Below the pieces are notes generated by a model, which ran no database searches, was not told where the DNA came from, and was given only the letters and a program-made list of their open reading frames with translations. Positions 31,579 through 41,290 of a DNA stretch of 64,000 bases are shown one piece after another. The number at the start of each line of letters is the position of its first letter. Position 1 is the stretch's first letter. The translations under genes and the position numbers were made by a program. Source of the DNA: an uncultured Planctomycetota bacterium (GTDB lineage Bacteria > Planctomycetota > Planctomycetia > Isosphaerales > Isosphaeraceae); NCBI GenBank assembly GCA_963737655.1, contig CAVTTN010000002.1, forward strand, positions 1,792,001 to 1,856,000, given 5' to 3'.

Positions 31579-32722
31579 ATGCCGAATGCGTACTTGCAGG
31601 GGATCCAGGGGTCGCTCGACAACCAGGCCCAGATCCGCAACGACATCAGCGTGGTCGCCATCAACTGGTTCGTCAACCGCTGCCCGCTGGTCACGCGAGT
31701 GCCCCGCGTCCCGTGCGGGTCGACGACCTTCACGATGGTCAGCCGATCGTTCCGCAGCCGGACGGCCCAGCTCGCCGCCCCGGCCCTGGCGACCGATACT
31801 CAGCTGACCCTGGCCGACGCCAGCGCCTCTGATGAACGGCGACGTCCTGGAGCTGGCCTCGGGCGAGCGGGTCGAGGTCGTCGCCGACCCGATCCTCGCC
31901 ACGAATACCGTGCTGATCCGCCGAGGAGCCGAGGCCACCACGCCCGCTGCTGGCTCGGCCGGGGACACGATCCGCCTGATCGGCAACAGCCGGACTGGAG
32001 GCGAGGTCCTGCAGAACGCCGTGGCCTTCCGGCCCACCGGCGTGACCCAGTACTGCCAGACCTGGCAGCACCCGGTGCAGGTCAGCGGGTCGCTCCAGTC
32101 CTCGCTCGGCTACCAGGCGGCCCAGGGCGCCCGGACCCCGTTCGAGCAGACCAAGATGGACGCCCTCCAGAATCTCATGGACGACATGGAGTATTCCTCC
32201 TACTACGGCCGGGGTGAGGATCCCAGCATCTCGGGCCGACCGAAGCAGAAGGGCGTGCGGACCCTGGTCACCCCGAACCTCACGACGACCCCGACCAACG
32301 CCGGCGCCTACAAGCCGACGGACCTGATCCGCGACACGCTCGAGAAATGCCGGATCGGCGGCGGCGACCCGGACGTGCTGATCGTCTCGACGAACTTCAT
32401 GACCGGCCTGGCCACCTGGGGCCACGCCGCCCAGAGGATCAACGCCGGGACGAACGTCTTCGGCACGCCGATCGACGTCTTCGAGGCGCCGTTCCTCGGC
32501 GGCGTTTCGCTGATCGAGGCCCCGCTGCTCAAGCCGTTCACCGCCATCTGCCTGACCTCCTCGGAGGTGAGGATGAGGATGAAGCGGAACGAGTTCTGGA
32601 ACCCGCGAGGTATCCGCGGCGACGCCCTGGAAGGGGACTGGATCGCCGAGGGGGCCGTCGAGGTGGACAACCCGTCGCACCACGCCTGGGTCGAGGGGAT
32701 CACGGCGTTCTCGGCGACCTGA
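31579..32722 (+). CDS. Major capsid protein, SU10-like/DUF5309-type HK97 fold (frameshift ~31826-31831)
   Basis: QYCQTWQHPVQVSGS resembles the N-x-x-Q-I-F...V-S-G motif; DMEYSSYYG, KGVRTLV, FGTPIDVF, RGDALEGDWIAEGAVEV; ~380 aa once the two frames are joined. Confidence 0.78.
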
Positions 32723-32745
32723 TCGAGGGCGTCTCGATCGTCCGA

Positions 32746-32776
32746 CCGCCCCGGGCGAGGCCGGCGCCCGGGGCGG
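32746..32776 (+). terminator. Hairpin directly after the capsid gene
   Basis: CCGCCCCGGGCG-aggccgg-CGCCCGGGGCGG, a perfect 12-bp stem without a U-tract. Confidence 0.55.
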
Positions 32777-32819
32777 CCGCTCCAGTCCCGTCCCCTGTCC
32801 TCGATGAGGTGTCCTCACC

Positions 32820-33166
32820 GTGATCGGCTACCAGTTCCCCGGATATCCCCCGTATCTCGAGGCCGCCGTGACGGGAATGGGCCGGCCCGTGTCGGAAGCG
32901 ACGGCGAGGCGGTCGTCGGCCCTGGCGGCGGTCTCGAACCTCTGTGCTCAGGCTTCGCTGGCCCCATCGGGGCACGTCGCGGGCATCCTGGCCGAGGCGG
33001 AGGCGCTGCGGGATGGCCTCGAAGCCGCACTCCGGGCTGCTGACCTGATGCTGGCCGACGTCCGGCAAAGCCGGGGGGGACGGTCCCGTCGTCGGGCCGG
33101 CCTTCGCCGCCTTGCGAGACGAAGTCCCCACGCCGGGCCCCGGGCCCCGAATCGAGGAAGCCATGA
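32820..33166 (+). CDS. Hypothetical protein of the phage-like operon (probable frameshift at the G-run ~33073-33079)
   Basis: GAGG RBS then GTG; helical Ala/Leu-rich N-terminus; a one-base shift would end it in an ATGA overlap with the next gene. Confidence 0.45.
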
Positions 33167-33834
33167 CCTCCATCTCGTTCGCAACCGACGAAGACGTGGC
33201 CCTCGCCGCGTCGTCCGATTTCTGCCTGATTTGTCCCCGAGACCAGAAGCTGGCGTGTGGGACCGACGGGTACTTCGACCCGACCGATCGCTGGACATTG
33301 CAGTCCCCCTCGGCCGACTTCGCGGCCCTGGGCGTGACGCCGGGGATGGTCGTCCAGCTCACCGGCCCGACCTCGGCATTCCGCCCTCCGGGCGAGCTTC
33401 TGGTCATCTCCAAGGTGGCGCCGGGCTCGGCCACGCTCCGCCGCAAGGGCCAACTCGCCGGCTTGGGGCAGCCTCCGAGCCCGGTTTCCGGTCTGGTTGG
33501 CGTGGAGTTCCTGATAACGTCGCTCGTTCCCCAGATCGCTCGGGCCTCGGACGAGCTGGGATGCCAACTCGGCCTGGGCTCTTGCGCCTCGATGACAGGA
33601 CCGGCTCTCTCTTCGGGAGAACTCCGGGAACTCCGCGATTTGACCGTCCTGACCGTTATCGTCCGCCAGTATCTGGACGTTTGCCGCGACCCCGGCGGCA
33701 AGCCCGACGCCCTGGCTGCCAAGGCCGAGGCGGTCCGTGCCGAGCTCGACGAGAAGATGGCCCGGGCGACCGTCCGCCGGGGAGGCGGGACGGCCGGGGA
33801 AGCCCTGAGGTTCTCCTCGCGGATCTCTCGCTGA
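33163..33834 (+). CDS. Putative head-tail adaptor/head-completion protein
   Basis: N-terminal FATDEDV resembles the YATxxD start of adaptor proteins; helical C-terminus; position after the MCP. Confidence 0.55.
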   Translation: MTSISFATDEDVALAASSDFCLICPRDQKLACGTDGYFDPTDRWTLQSPSADFAALGVTPGMVVQLTGPTSAFRPPGELLVISKVAPGSATLRRKGQLAGLGQPPSPVSGLVGVEFLITSLVPQIARASDELGCQLGLGSCASMTGPALSSGELRELRDLTVLTVIVRQYLDVCRDPGGKPDALAAKAEAVRAELDEKMARATVRRGGGTAGEALRFSSRISR

Positions 33835-33931
33835 CGACCCTCCAGGGCAGGAGCGCCCCGGAGACTCCTCACACCAGGCGACGCGGGCCGAGGCTCGGCC
33901 AGCGTTCCGGTCCCTTCCGCAGGTGACCTTC

Positions 33932-35317
33932 ATGGCTCTTTCCGCAACCCAGGTCTGGGAGGTCCGCGCGACCGGCAACGACGCCAACGGCGGGGCCTAC
34001 AACTCCGCGAAAACCGGCGTCGCCGGGTCGCTCGATTATTCCCAGCAGGATTCCCCGCAGGTCACGATCGACAACTCGGCCATCGTCTGCACCACGCCGG
34101 GCGCGAGCTCCAACGTCCTCACGTTCACCTCGGGCTACACCCCCACCGCCGCCGACGTCGGCAACGTCGTCAACGTCACGGCCGGCACCAACGTCAACGC
34201 CGGCCGGTACGAGATCACCGCGTACACCTCGACGACCTGGACCTTGACCGGGGCCGCGAACCTCACGACGGCCGGAGGGGCCGGATCGGCCATCGCGGGC
34301 CGGATGGGCGGCGCCCTGGCCTCGCCCGGGGCCGCCGCCGGGGCCGGGATCGTCGCGGGGAACGTGGTTTATATCAAGTACAACGCGACCCCCTACGCGA
34401 TCGGGTCGGGGACCGCCAACACGTCCGGCAACCGGCCCGCCCCGGCCGCCCAGTCGAGCTGGATCGGCTACGTCGCGGCCCGTGGGGACGTCGCCCTCTG
34501 GGGGACGATGCCGAGCCTCCAGGCCACGGGCATCTCCTACGCGATCTTCACCGTGGCGGCCAACGACATCGCCGTCGAAGGGCTGGAGTTCGACGGCAAC
34601 AGCAAATCCGGCGTGTCCGGCATGACGGCGTCGGGTGCCTTGCGTTTGCGGGGCTGGAACTGCCGCGCCAAGAACTGCACGACCTCCTACGGGTTCGGCT
34701 CGACCGGCGTGGGCGTCCTGCACTACTGCGAGTCGATCAACAACAGCGTCGGGTTCTACCTCAGCGCCAGCTTCCGCCGCTGCGTGTCGCGGTCCAACGC
34801 CAGCGACGGGTTCCGGGTGGCCACCACGGCCACCTTCACCGAGTGCGTCGCGTACTCCAACGGCGGTGACGGGTTCGGCAACGGCTTCTCGGTGATCGCC
34901 TCGCGGTGCGCGGCGATCGCCAACACCGGGGCCGGGTTCAACCTCGACAACGCCCTGTGCGTGGCTGATTCCTGCATCGCCTACGGCAACACGGGGATCG
35001 GCTTCGCCTGCGCGACCACGGCGCGGCCCGACGTGAAGGTCTTCAATTCCGCGGCCGGGGCGAATACGGGCGGCAACATCTCGGCGAACCTCTCGGCGGC
35101 CAACGCGCCATTCGTCCTGACGATCGACCCGTTCGTGAACCGCGCGGGGCTGAACTTCGCGCTGAACAGCACAGCCGGTGGCGGGGCCTTGCTGCGGGGG
35201 ACTGGGACGGGCGCATACCCGGGCGGTTTCACGACAAGCTTCTCCGACGTGGGTCCGGCGCAGCATCAGGACGCGGGCACAAACTCGGTTTCCAACGGCT
35301 CTTGGATGGAGGGTTAG
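33932..35317 (+). CDS. Right-handed beta-helix protein, putative virion spike/decoration
   Basis: GNDANGG start; repeated C..xxNxxxGF units; no signal peptide. Confidence 0.68.
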   Translation: MALSATQVWEVRATGNDANGGAYNSAKTGVAGSLDYSQQDSPQVTIDNSAIVCTTPGASSNVLTFTSGYTPTAADVGNVVNVTAGTNVNAGRYEITAYTSTTWTLTGAANLTTAGGAGSAIAGRMGGALASPGAAAGAGIVAGNVVYIKYNATPYAIGSGTANTSGNRPAPAAQSSWIGYVAARGDVALWGTMPSLQATGISYAIFTVAANDIAVEGLEFDGNSKSGVSGMTASGALRLRGWNCRAKNCTTSYGFGSTGVGVLHYCESINNSVGFYLSASFRRCVSRSNASDGFRVATTATFTECVAYSNGGDGFGNGFSVIASRCAAIANTGAGFNLDNALCVADSCIAYGNTGIGFACATTARPDVKVFNSAAGANTGGNISANLSAANAPFVLTIDPFVNRAGLNFALNSTAGGGALLRGTGTGAYPGGFTTSFSDVGPAQHQDAGTNSVSNGSWMEG

Positions 35318-35319
35318 AC

Positions 35320-36441
35320 GTGGCGGACAATACGCAGCTGGGCTCGGGGATCGGCGGGGACGTCATCAAGACCGAGGACGTGGGCTCGTACAAGCTGGCG
35401 GTGTCGAAGATCTACCTCGGCGCCCACGGCGTGGATGGCGGCCCGGTGACATCGAGCAATCCCCTGCCGGTCTCGGTGGGGAATTTCCCGGCGACGCAGG
35501 GCGTGGCCGGGACGGTGACGGCGAACGCGGGGACGGGGACGTTCGCGGTCTCGGCGGCGAGCCTTCCCCTGCCTCTCGGGGCGGCGACGGCGTCGAAGCA
35601 GCCGGCGCCCGGTTCGGCGGGTTCGTCGTCCTCGGACGTCCTGACGGTCCAGGGGATCGCCGGGATGACGCCGATGAAGGTGGACGGCTCCGCCGTGACC
35701 CAGCCGGTCAGCGGGACCCTCTCGGTGGGGAATTTCCCGGCGACGCAGGGCGTGGCCGGGACGGTGACGGCGAACGCGGGGACGGGGACGTTCGCGGTCT
35801 CGGCGGCGAGCCTTCCCCTGCCTCTCGGGGCGGCGACGGCGTCGAAGCAGCCGGCGCCCGGTTCGGCGGGTTCGTCGTCCTCGGACGTCCTGACGGTCCA
35901 GGGGATCGCCGGGATGACGCCGATGAAGGTGGACGGCTCCGCCGTGACCCAGCCGGTCAGCATCTCGGGGACGCTCGCGACCAACTCGAGCCTGATCGTC
36001 GGCGGTCTGGCGGTCTCGGCCGGCAACCCGATCCCGGTGGCCAACACGAACCCATTGCCGGCGGGCACGAGCCTGATCGGAGCGGTGATCTCGTCGCTGA
36101 CAACCGGGGCGATCTACAACGGGGTGACGGCCCTCACGCCACAGTTCGCGCCGATCTCGGCCTCGGCCTCCGGGGACAACACCGTGGTCGCGGCCGTGGC
36201 TGGCAAGAAGATCCGAGTCCTGAAATACACGATCCTTGCCAACGGGACGGTGGCGGTCAAGTTCCGCTCCCCCTCGGTGGCGGATCTGACCGGGCTGATG
36301 ACCCTGGGGACGAACTCGGGGGTTGGGGGCGCGTTCTGCCCAATCGGCCTGTTCGAGACGGCCGCCGGAGACCCTCTGATCGTGAACCTCTCCGGGGGGA
36401 CCGGCGGGGTGGCGGGGCACTTGACATACGTTCAGGTATAA
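35320..36441 (+). CDS. Gly/Ser/Thr/Ala-rich beta-strand repeat protein, putative fibre
   Basis: Repeats such as GTVTANAGTGT, KVDGSAVTQPVS, NPLPV; C-terminal VAGKKIRV domain; internal 83-aa duplication. Confidence 0.65.
   Translation: MADNTQLGSGIGGDVIKTEDVGSYKLAVSKIYLGAHGVDGGPVTSSNPLPVSVGNFPATQGVAGTVTANAGTGTFAVSAASLPLPLGAATASKQPAPGSAGSSSSDVLTVQGIAGMTPMKVDGSAVTQPVSGTLSVGNFPATQGVAGTVTANAGTGTFAVSAASLPLPLGAATASKQPAPGSAGSSSSDVLTVQGIAGMTPMKVDGSAVTQPVSISGTLATNSSLIVGGLAVSAGNPIPVANTNPLPAGTSLIGAVISSLTTGAIYNGVTALTPQFAPISASASGDNTVVAAVAGKKIRVLKYTILANGTVAVKFRSPSVADLTGLMTLGTNSGVGGAFCPIGLFETAAGDPLIVNLSGGTGGVAGHLTYVQV
35471..35961 (+). repeat. Perfect in-frame tandem duplication, period 249 bp
   Basis: 35471-35712 and 35720-35961 read as identical over 242 bp. 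Confidence 0.95.
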
Positions 36442-36443
36442 TC

Positions 36444-36548
36444 ATGGGATTCATTCTCCTGCTCATGGCCGCGCTGACGCGGCCCGACGGCGCCCCGGTC
36501 CGGCGGCGTTGGTACCCCGGTCTCACTCGCCGTCACGGCGGCCGATAG
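36444..36548 (+). CDS. Small 34-aa protein
   Basis: MGFILLLMAALTRPDGAPVRRRWYPGLTRRHGGR fills the gap between two operon genes; its stop abuts the AGGAGG RBS of the next gene. Confidence 0.5.
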   Translation: MGFILLLMAALTRPDGAPVRRRWYPGLTRRHGGR

Positions 36549-36561
36549 GAGGCGTTCGCGC

Positions 36562-39500
36562 ATGGGATCTGCTCTCGGCTTCTCCCCGGCGATGTCCGCC
36601 GTCCGCGACCACGGGTCGGGTCGGGCCGACATCCGCGACTTCGGTGCGGTGTCGTACCCGACGGGCACCCCGCCCACCGCGGCCGTCCAGGCCACCCGCG
36701 CCGCGTTCCAGGCGGCCATTGACAGCTTCAAGAGCAGTCCCAACGGGGGGGTTGTTTACGTCCCCGGAGGCAAGTGGTTCCTCGACCGCCCGGTCTTCTG
36801 CGACCTGTCCAATGTCGCGATCGTCGGCGAGGGGCCGTCGGCCAGTCTCGTCTACGCGACGACGGCCCACGATATGTTCGTTTATGGCGTTGCCCGCCAG
36901 CCCCAGGGGGTGGCCCTCACGGCCGACCACTTCGTCGATCTCTTCACGGGGGGACCGGGGGGGGCCTCGTACCTGGACTCCAGCGCCGTCAACGGCTCGG
37001 GCCAGCGCTGGGCTCTGCGGACCAAGGGAAACTGCCATATCGCCCAGCAGGGCGGGGCATTCGACACGGTGATGGGGACCTACTACAAGGGGCTCCAGGT
37101 CCTGACTGTCGAGTTCGCCATCGATCTGACGAACAATCCCGGCGCGGCCAACGGCTCGAATCAATACTCCGGCTTCGGGCTGAACGACGGCCCGACGCCG
37201 ATGCCCTGGCTCCTCGACATCGCTCGCGGCCGCTTCCAGGTTATGTTCTCGACGTCCGACAAGGTCTTTCGCCTCTTCCAATTCTACACCGTCCCTTCGA
37301 CGCCCGGGTTCGTCCGTGGGGCCTTCCAGATCGACCTGGCGAACGCCCAGGTCGCCGCCTGGATCAACGGGGTCCAGGTCGCCACGACCAACAGCCTGGG
37401 CTCGGGCTTCACTGCGTCGGCGGGCTTGACGTTCCTGCCCAATCAGATGAGCCCGTTCGGGATCGGCTCCAACGCCTTCGAGGCTAGCGTCGTCACCGAT
37501 TATTACGGCGGCCCCTCGGACCTGACCTTCTGCGGACTGAAGGTCAGCAGTGCGCTGCTGTACACGGCGGCCGGGGTGGGCACGGCGAAGACTCGGATCG
37601 ACTCCAAGACGGTCAACGACAACCTGAGGTACTTCACCGTCGAGACGTCCACGATCGGGCTGCTCCCGCTGACCGACGACCCGGCGATCTCGACCATCGA
37701 TCGGGTCCTCTCGATCCAGGGTTATTACCCCTACCCCAGCACCGGCTATTTCCTCGACAACGCGGGCCACGGCAGCCCCTGGGCGGGGATCAACGCCGGC
37801 CCGATCTCGGGCTTGTTCGTGCGATGCGCGAACGCCTACTTCGGTCGGTCGATCGTGACGGGCTGGACGGGGAGCCTCAACGTCCGGGGATGCACCCTCT
37901 GGGGCGGTAGCCACGCGATCGGGACACTGAACTTCGGGGCGAACTACCCGATCGTCATCTCCGACTGCTCGCTCTACGGGAGCGACGCCGGGATTAGCCT
38001 CTTCTACTCCTCGAGCGTCACGATCCGCAACATCCAGTTCCTCAGCCCTTCCTACCGGGCCGTCATCCGGCTCTACGAGAGCCACCTGGTCCGGGTCGAG
38101 GGCCTGTTCGTCGCCGGGTACTGCGCCCCGGACTACATCGTCTGGGCGAACAAGAGCGACCTCGATCTCGACCGTGCGAACTTCGACTTCGAGGGCAGCG
38201 ACCAGGGCCCGACGATCGCCATGATCTACGCCAGCAGCGACTCGTTCCGCACGATGTCCTCCACTCTGCGCCTGAGCAACATCGAGTGCGGCATCATCCA
38301 GGACTCGGCGGTCGTGATCATGCTCGACGACCTGGGCGTCGAGGACGGCTGGGGCAGCACTCCCAGCACGTTCTCGATGCGGGACGTCTACATCGAGGGC
38401 CAGGTCTTCCGATCCTGGGTCCAGACCAATGGGACGAGGTGGCGTGCGGAGTTCGAGGCCGAGAACGCCAGGCTCCGCCCGCGATGGGTGGAGAACACGG
38501 CCGGGGTCGGCTCGGTGGTGGCGAGGCACCCGTATTACTTGGGGCCGCCCCGTGATGGGACCTGGGACCGGAACGCGAACATCCTCCGCCCCAAGAACCC
38601 CACCGACGGCCAGTTCACCGAGTGGCGATGCCTCGCCACCGGCTCCTACGGGACCCCGACGCCCCCGTCGTGGTTCGGGCTGAGTCCGATCGATACGAAC
38701 GGGACGGCCCTGGCGGCCTATGTGTCGGACAACGCCTACTGGGCGTCCTCCGGGGCCCCGGTCGGCGCCCAGGGGGCCTTCTCCAACTCGGTCCACTCGA
38801 TGGGCCTGAATGCCCTGTTCGGTGGCTCGGCAACGACCCTGCCGTCGCCGCTCTCGATGGCCCTCAATGCCTATAAGGCGACCCGATCCACCTACCTCGG
38901 CGAGATGTCCGGGGGTGGGTACGCCCGGGTCCCTGTGCCGACGACGAGCTGGGGGGCGTCCTCGGGCGGGACCATGATCAATGTCCAGGCGATTTCGTTC
39001 CCCCAGGCCTCAGGGCCCTGGACCTTTGGGACGTTTACGCGGTGCCAGTCGCTCTGCCTTCTGGATCCTTCGAGCCACCCCATCGCCGCTGTCGATATCG
39101 CCCCCCTGACCGTCACGTCCGGGATGGCACCCTCCTTCCCGGTCGGGTCGATCACCATCGCCCCGGCGGTGGCCTCGACGCAGGGGGGATTCGCCACCAT
39201 CGTCCACGACATGCTGAACAACGCCTGGCTCCGAGGGACGCTCCTGGCTCCGCCGGCGGTGTACCTGGCGCTGTCCACCTCCGCAGCTACCACCGCGAGC
39301 GCCCCGGTTGAGCCGTTCGGCGGAAGCTACGCCCGGGTCGCCACGAGCCCGGCGAGCTGGACCTCGGCCCTCCCCGGCAACCTCACCAATAGCTACGGGC
39401 CGGTCGGCAACACGGCCGTTGTGACCAACGCGGTGAGCCTGTCATTCCCGGCCCCCACCGGCTCGTGGGGGACGGTCCAGAGCGTCTATCTGATGGATTC

Positions 39501-39615
39501 CTCCAGCGGCGGGAACGTCCTGGCCGCGGCCAACCTGACCATTCCCCGGACGGTCAAGGCCGGCGGCCCGGCCAACGCGTTCGCGCCGGGAGCCCTGTGG
39601 ATCTGCCGCTCGTAA
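36562..39615 (+). CDS. Tailspike-like protein: pectate-lyase-3-type beta-helix, LamG-like insert, two C-terminal phage fibre-like domains
   Basis: DIRDFGAV...AAFQAAID...GGVVYVPGGKW; AWINGVQV; duplicated E.SGGGYARV / EPFGGSYARV domains; AGGAGG RBS. Confidence 0.75.
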   Translation: MGSALGFSPAMSAVRDHGSGRADIRDFGAVSYPTGTPPTAAVQATRAAFQAAIDSFKSSPNGGVVYVPGGKWFLDRPVFCDLSNVAIVGEGPSASLVYATTAHDMFVYGVARQPQGVALTADHFVDLFTGGPGGASYLDSSAVNGSGQRWALRTKGNCHIAQQGGAFDTVMGTYYKGLQVLTVEFAIDLTNNPGAANGSNQYSGFGLNDGPTPMPWLLDIARGRFQVMFSTSDKVFRLFQFYTVPSTPGFVRGAFQIDLANAQVAAWINGVQVATTNSLGSGFTASAGLTFLPNQMSPFGIGSNAFEASVVTDYYGGPSDLTFCGLKVSSALLYTAAGVGTAKTRIDSKTVNDNLRYFTVETSTIGLLPLTDDPAISTIDRVLSIQGYYPYPSTGYFLDNAGHGSPWAGINAGPISGLFVRCANAYFGRSIVTGWTGSLNVRGCTLWGGSHAIGTLNFGANYPIVISDCSLYGSDAGISLFYSSSVTIRNIQFLSPSYRAVIRLYESHLVRVEGLFVAGYCAPDYIVWANKSDLDLDRANFDFEGSDQGPTIAMIYASSDSFRTMSSTLRLSNIECGIIQDSAVVIMLDDLGVEDGWGSTPSTFSMRDVYIEGQVFRSWVQTNGTRWRAEFEAENARLRPRWVENTAGVGSVVARHPYYLGPPRDGTWDRNANILRPKNPTDGQFTEWRCLATGSYGTPTPPSWFGLSPIDTNGTALAAYVSDNAYWASSGAPVGAQGAFSNSVHSMGLNALFGGSATTLPSPLSMALNAYKATRSTYLGEMSGGGYARVPVPTTSWGASSGGTMINVQAISFPQASGPWTFGTFTRCQSLCLLDPSSHPIAAVDIAPLTVTSGMAPSFPVGSITIAPAVASTQGGFATIVHDMLNNAWLRGTLLAPPAVYLALSTSAATTASAPVEPFGGSYARVATSPASWTSALPGNLTNSYGPVGNTAVVTNAVSLSFPAPTGSWGTVQSVYLMDSSSGGNVLAAANLTIPRTVKAGGPANAFAPGALWICRS

Positions 39616-39624
39616 GGGGGCTTC

Positions 39625-41274
39625 ATGGCACTGCGCATTCGATTCCAATACGGGGCTGGCGCCTCGCTCGGCGTCTCCATCGAGCGCCTGGCCGACGGCC
39701 TGTTCTACGACTTCGCTGCGACCGGATCGACGGCCGGCACCTTCACCGGCTCCCCGACGACCCCGATCCGTGCCCTGCCGGCCGACACGGACACGGCCCA
39801 CTTTCCCAATCGGTACCGGCTCAACGTGACGCCCACGTCGAATTCCGTGTTCCTGGACGGTGATTACTGCGTGACGATCCACGACATGGCCTCGGCCAAC
39901 ACGGTGGTGGCCGAGCTTTCGGCCGTCATGCACAACGGAGACGACGCCACGGTGATCCCCTCCGGGGCCGGGGCCGACCCGTGGTCCCAGCCCCTGCCCG
40001 GGTCGTACACCCCGGGCAGCGCGGGGTATCTCCTCGGCTCGAACCTCGACGCGAAGATCTCCACCCGCCTTGCGTCCTCAAGCTACACGGCCCCGCCATC
40101 AGACTATCAGCAAAGGGGCCAGGCGGTCGTGCTCCCGGCCGTGGCGCCGAGCTGGTACGTCCAGGCGATGTCACCGCCGACAGTGGCTCAGATCGTCTCC
40201 GGGGTCTGGGACGAGCCCAAGGCGGGCCACGTCCAGCCCGGCTCGTTCGGCTCGCTCCTGGACGCCTCGATCAGCTCCCGGCTGGCCGGTTCCACCGACA
40301 CACCGGGCACGACCACGCTCCTGTCTCGGCTCTCGACCTCGCGGGCCGCGTACCTCGACAACCTCAATGTCGGCGGCCCCGTGGCCAGCCATTCCGACGT
40401 CGCCGCGATCGGCAACAACACGCTCATCCGAATCTTCGTCCCCGACGTGGTCCAGAAGCCGGCCTCGGGCTCGACGGCCCGGATCATCTATCTCTACACC
40501 TACGACGAGCAGGGCCAAATGGCCACGCCCGATAGCCTGCCGACGGTCACCGTGAGCAACGGGGCCGGCTCCAGCCGCAACACCAACCTCACCTCGACGA
40601 CGATGAGCAAGGTCGCCCCGGGGCAGTATCAGACCCTCTATACCCTCAACGCGACCGATCCGACGGAGCAATTGCTCTGGAGCTTCACCGTCCTTCAGGG
40701 GGGGGTGGCTCGACAGTACGGCGGGACGACCGAGGTTGTGGACATCGCATCGGTCGATTTCAACGCGACGGACCGCGCGAACCTGAACTCCCTGGTGGCG
40801 ATGGCCGGGACCAGCGGCGTGATGGTCGCGTCCTCGTGCCGGTCCGGCTACTCGCTGTCTCCCGACGAGCACGCCGCGATCACCGCGGACGCCCTGGCCG
40901 CGCTGAACGCCTCGATCCCTGCCAGCCCGGCGTCGGGATCGGTCTTCGACCGGCTTGACGTCAAGGTCTCGACGCGATCGACTTACAGCGGAGGTCCCGT
41001 CGCCTCGGTCACCGCGCCGGTGACCGTGGGCCAGATCAACGACAAGACCGGCTACTCTCTCGCGCCGACCGGCCTCGACGCGGTCCAGGTCGAGCCCGGG
41101 ATCAACGCCCGCCAGGCCCTTGCGCCGATCCTCGCGGCTTGCGCCGGGGTGGTCAGCGGGGCAGGGACCGGCACGATCAGCATCAAGGGCGGCAACTCCG
41201 CCACGACCCGGATCATGGCGGCGACCGACGCCCAGGGAGACCGCACCGCGGTCGTCCTGACCCTGCCGAACTGA
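39625..41274 (+). CDS. Putative virion structural protein (549 aa)
   Basis: Ser/Thr/Gly-rich; repeated PGSxGxLL...LDAxISxR units, AQIVSGVWDE, C-terminal RIMAATDAQGDRTAVVL; no signal peptide. Confidence 0.62.
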   Translation: MALRIRFQYGAGASLGVSIERLADGLFYDFAATGSTAGTFTGSPTTPIRALPADTDTAHFPNRYRLNVTPTSNSVFLDGDYCVTIHDMASANTVVAELSAVMHNGDDATVIPSGAGADPWSQPLPGSYTPGSAGYLLGSNLDAKISTRLASSSYTAPPSDYQQRGQAVVLPAVAPSWYVQAMSPPTVAQIVSGVWDEPKAGHVQPGSFGSLLDASISSRLAGSTDTPGTTTLLSRLSTSRAAYLDNLNVGGPVASHSDVAAIGNNTLIRIFVPDVVQKPASGSTARIIYLYTYDEQGQMATPDSLPTVTVSNGAGSSRNTNLTSTTMSKVAPGQYQTLYTLNATDPTEQLLWSFTVLQGGVARQYGGTTEVVDIASVDFNATDRANLNSLVAMAGTSGVMVASSCRSGYSLSPDEHAAITADALAALNASIPASPASGSVFDRLDVKVSTRSTYSGGPVASVTAPVTVGQINDKTGYSLAPTGLDAVQVEPGINARQALAPILAACAGVVSGAGTGTISIKGGNSATTRIMAATDAQGDRTAVVLTLPN

Positions 41275-41290
41275 CCAGAGGAGGCCGCCT

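Noticed and set aside
32820..33926. 368-aa ORF as given in the track
   Set aside because: Past ~33075 it is Arg/Pro noise overlapping the better ORF 33163-33834; more likely a short frameshifted gene.
35471..35961. Duplicated segment as a possible DGR template/variable repeat pair
   Set aside because: The copies are identical with no adenine-specific differences, and there is no reverse transcriptase in the window.
36421..36442. Perfect TTGACA and TATAAT hexamers at the end of the fibre-like gene
   Set aside because: The spacer is only 10 nt (sigma70 needs about 17), and both hexamers overlap codons or the stop; probably chance.
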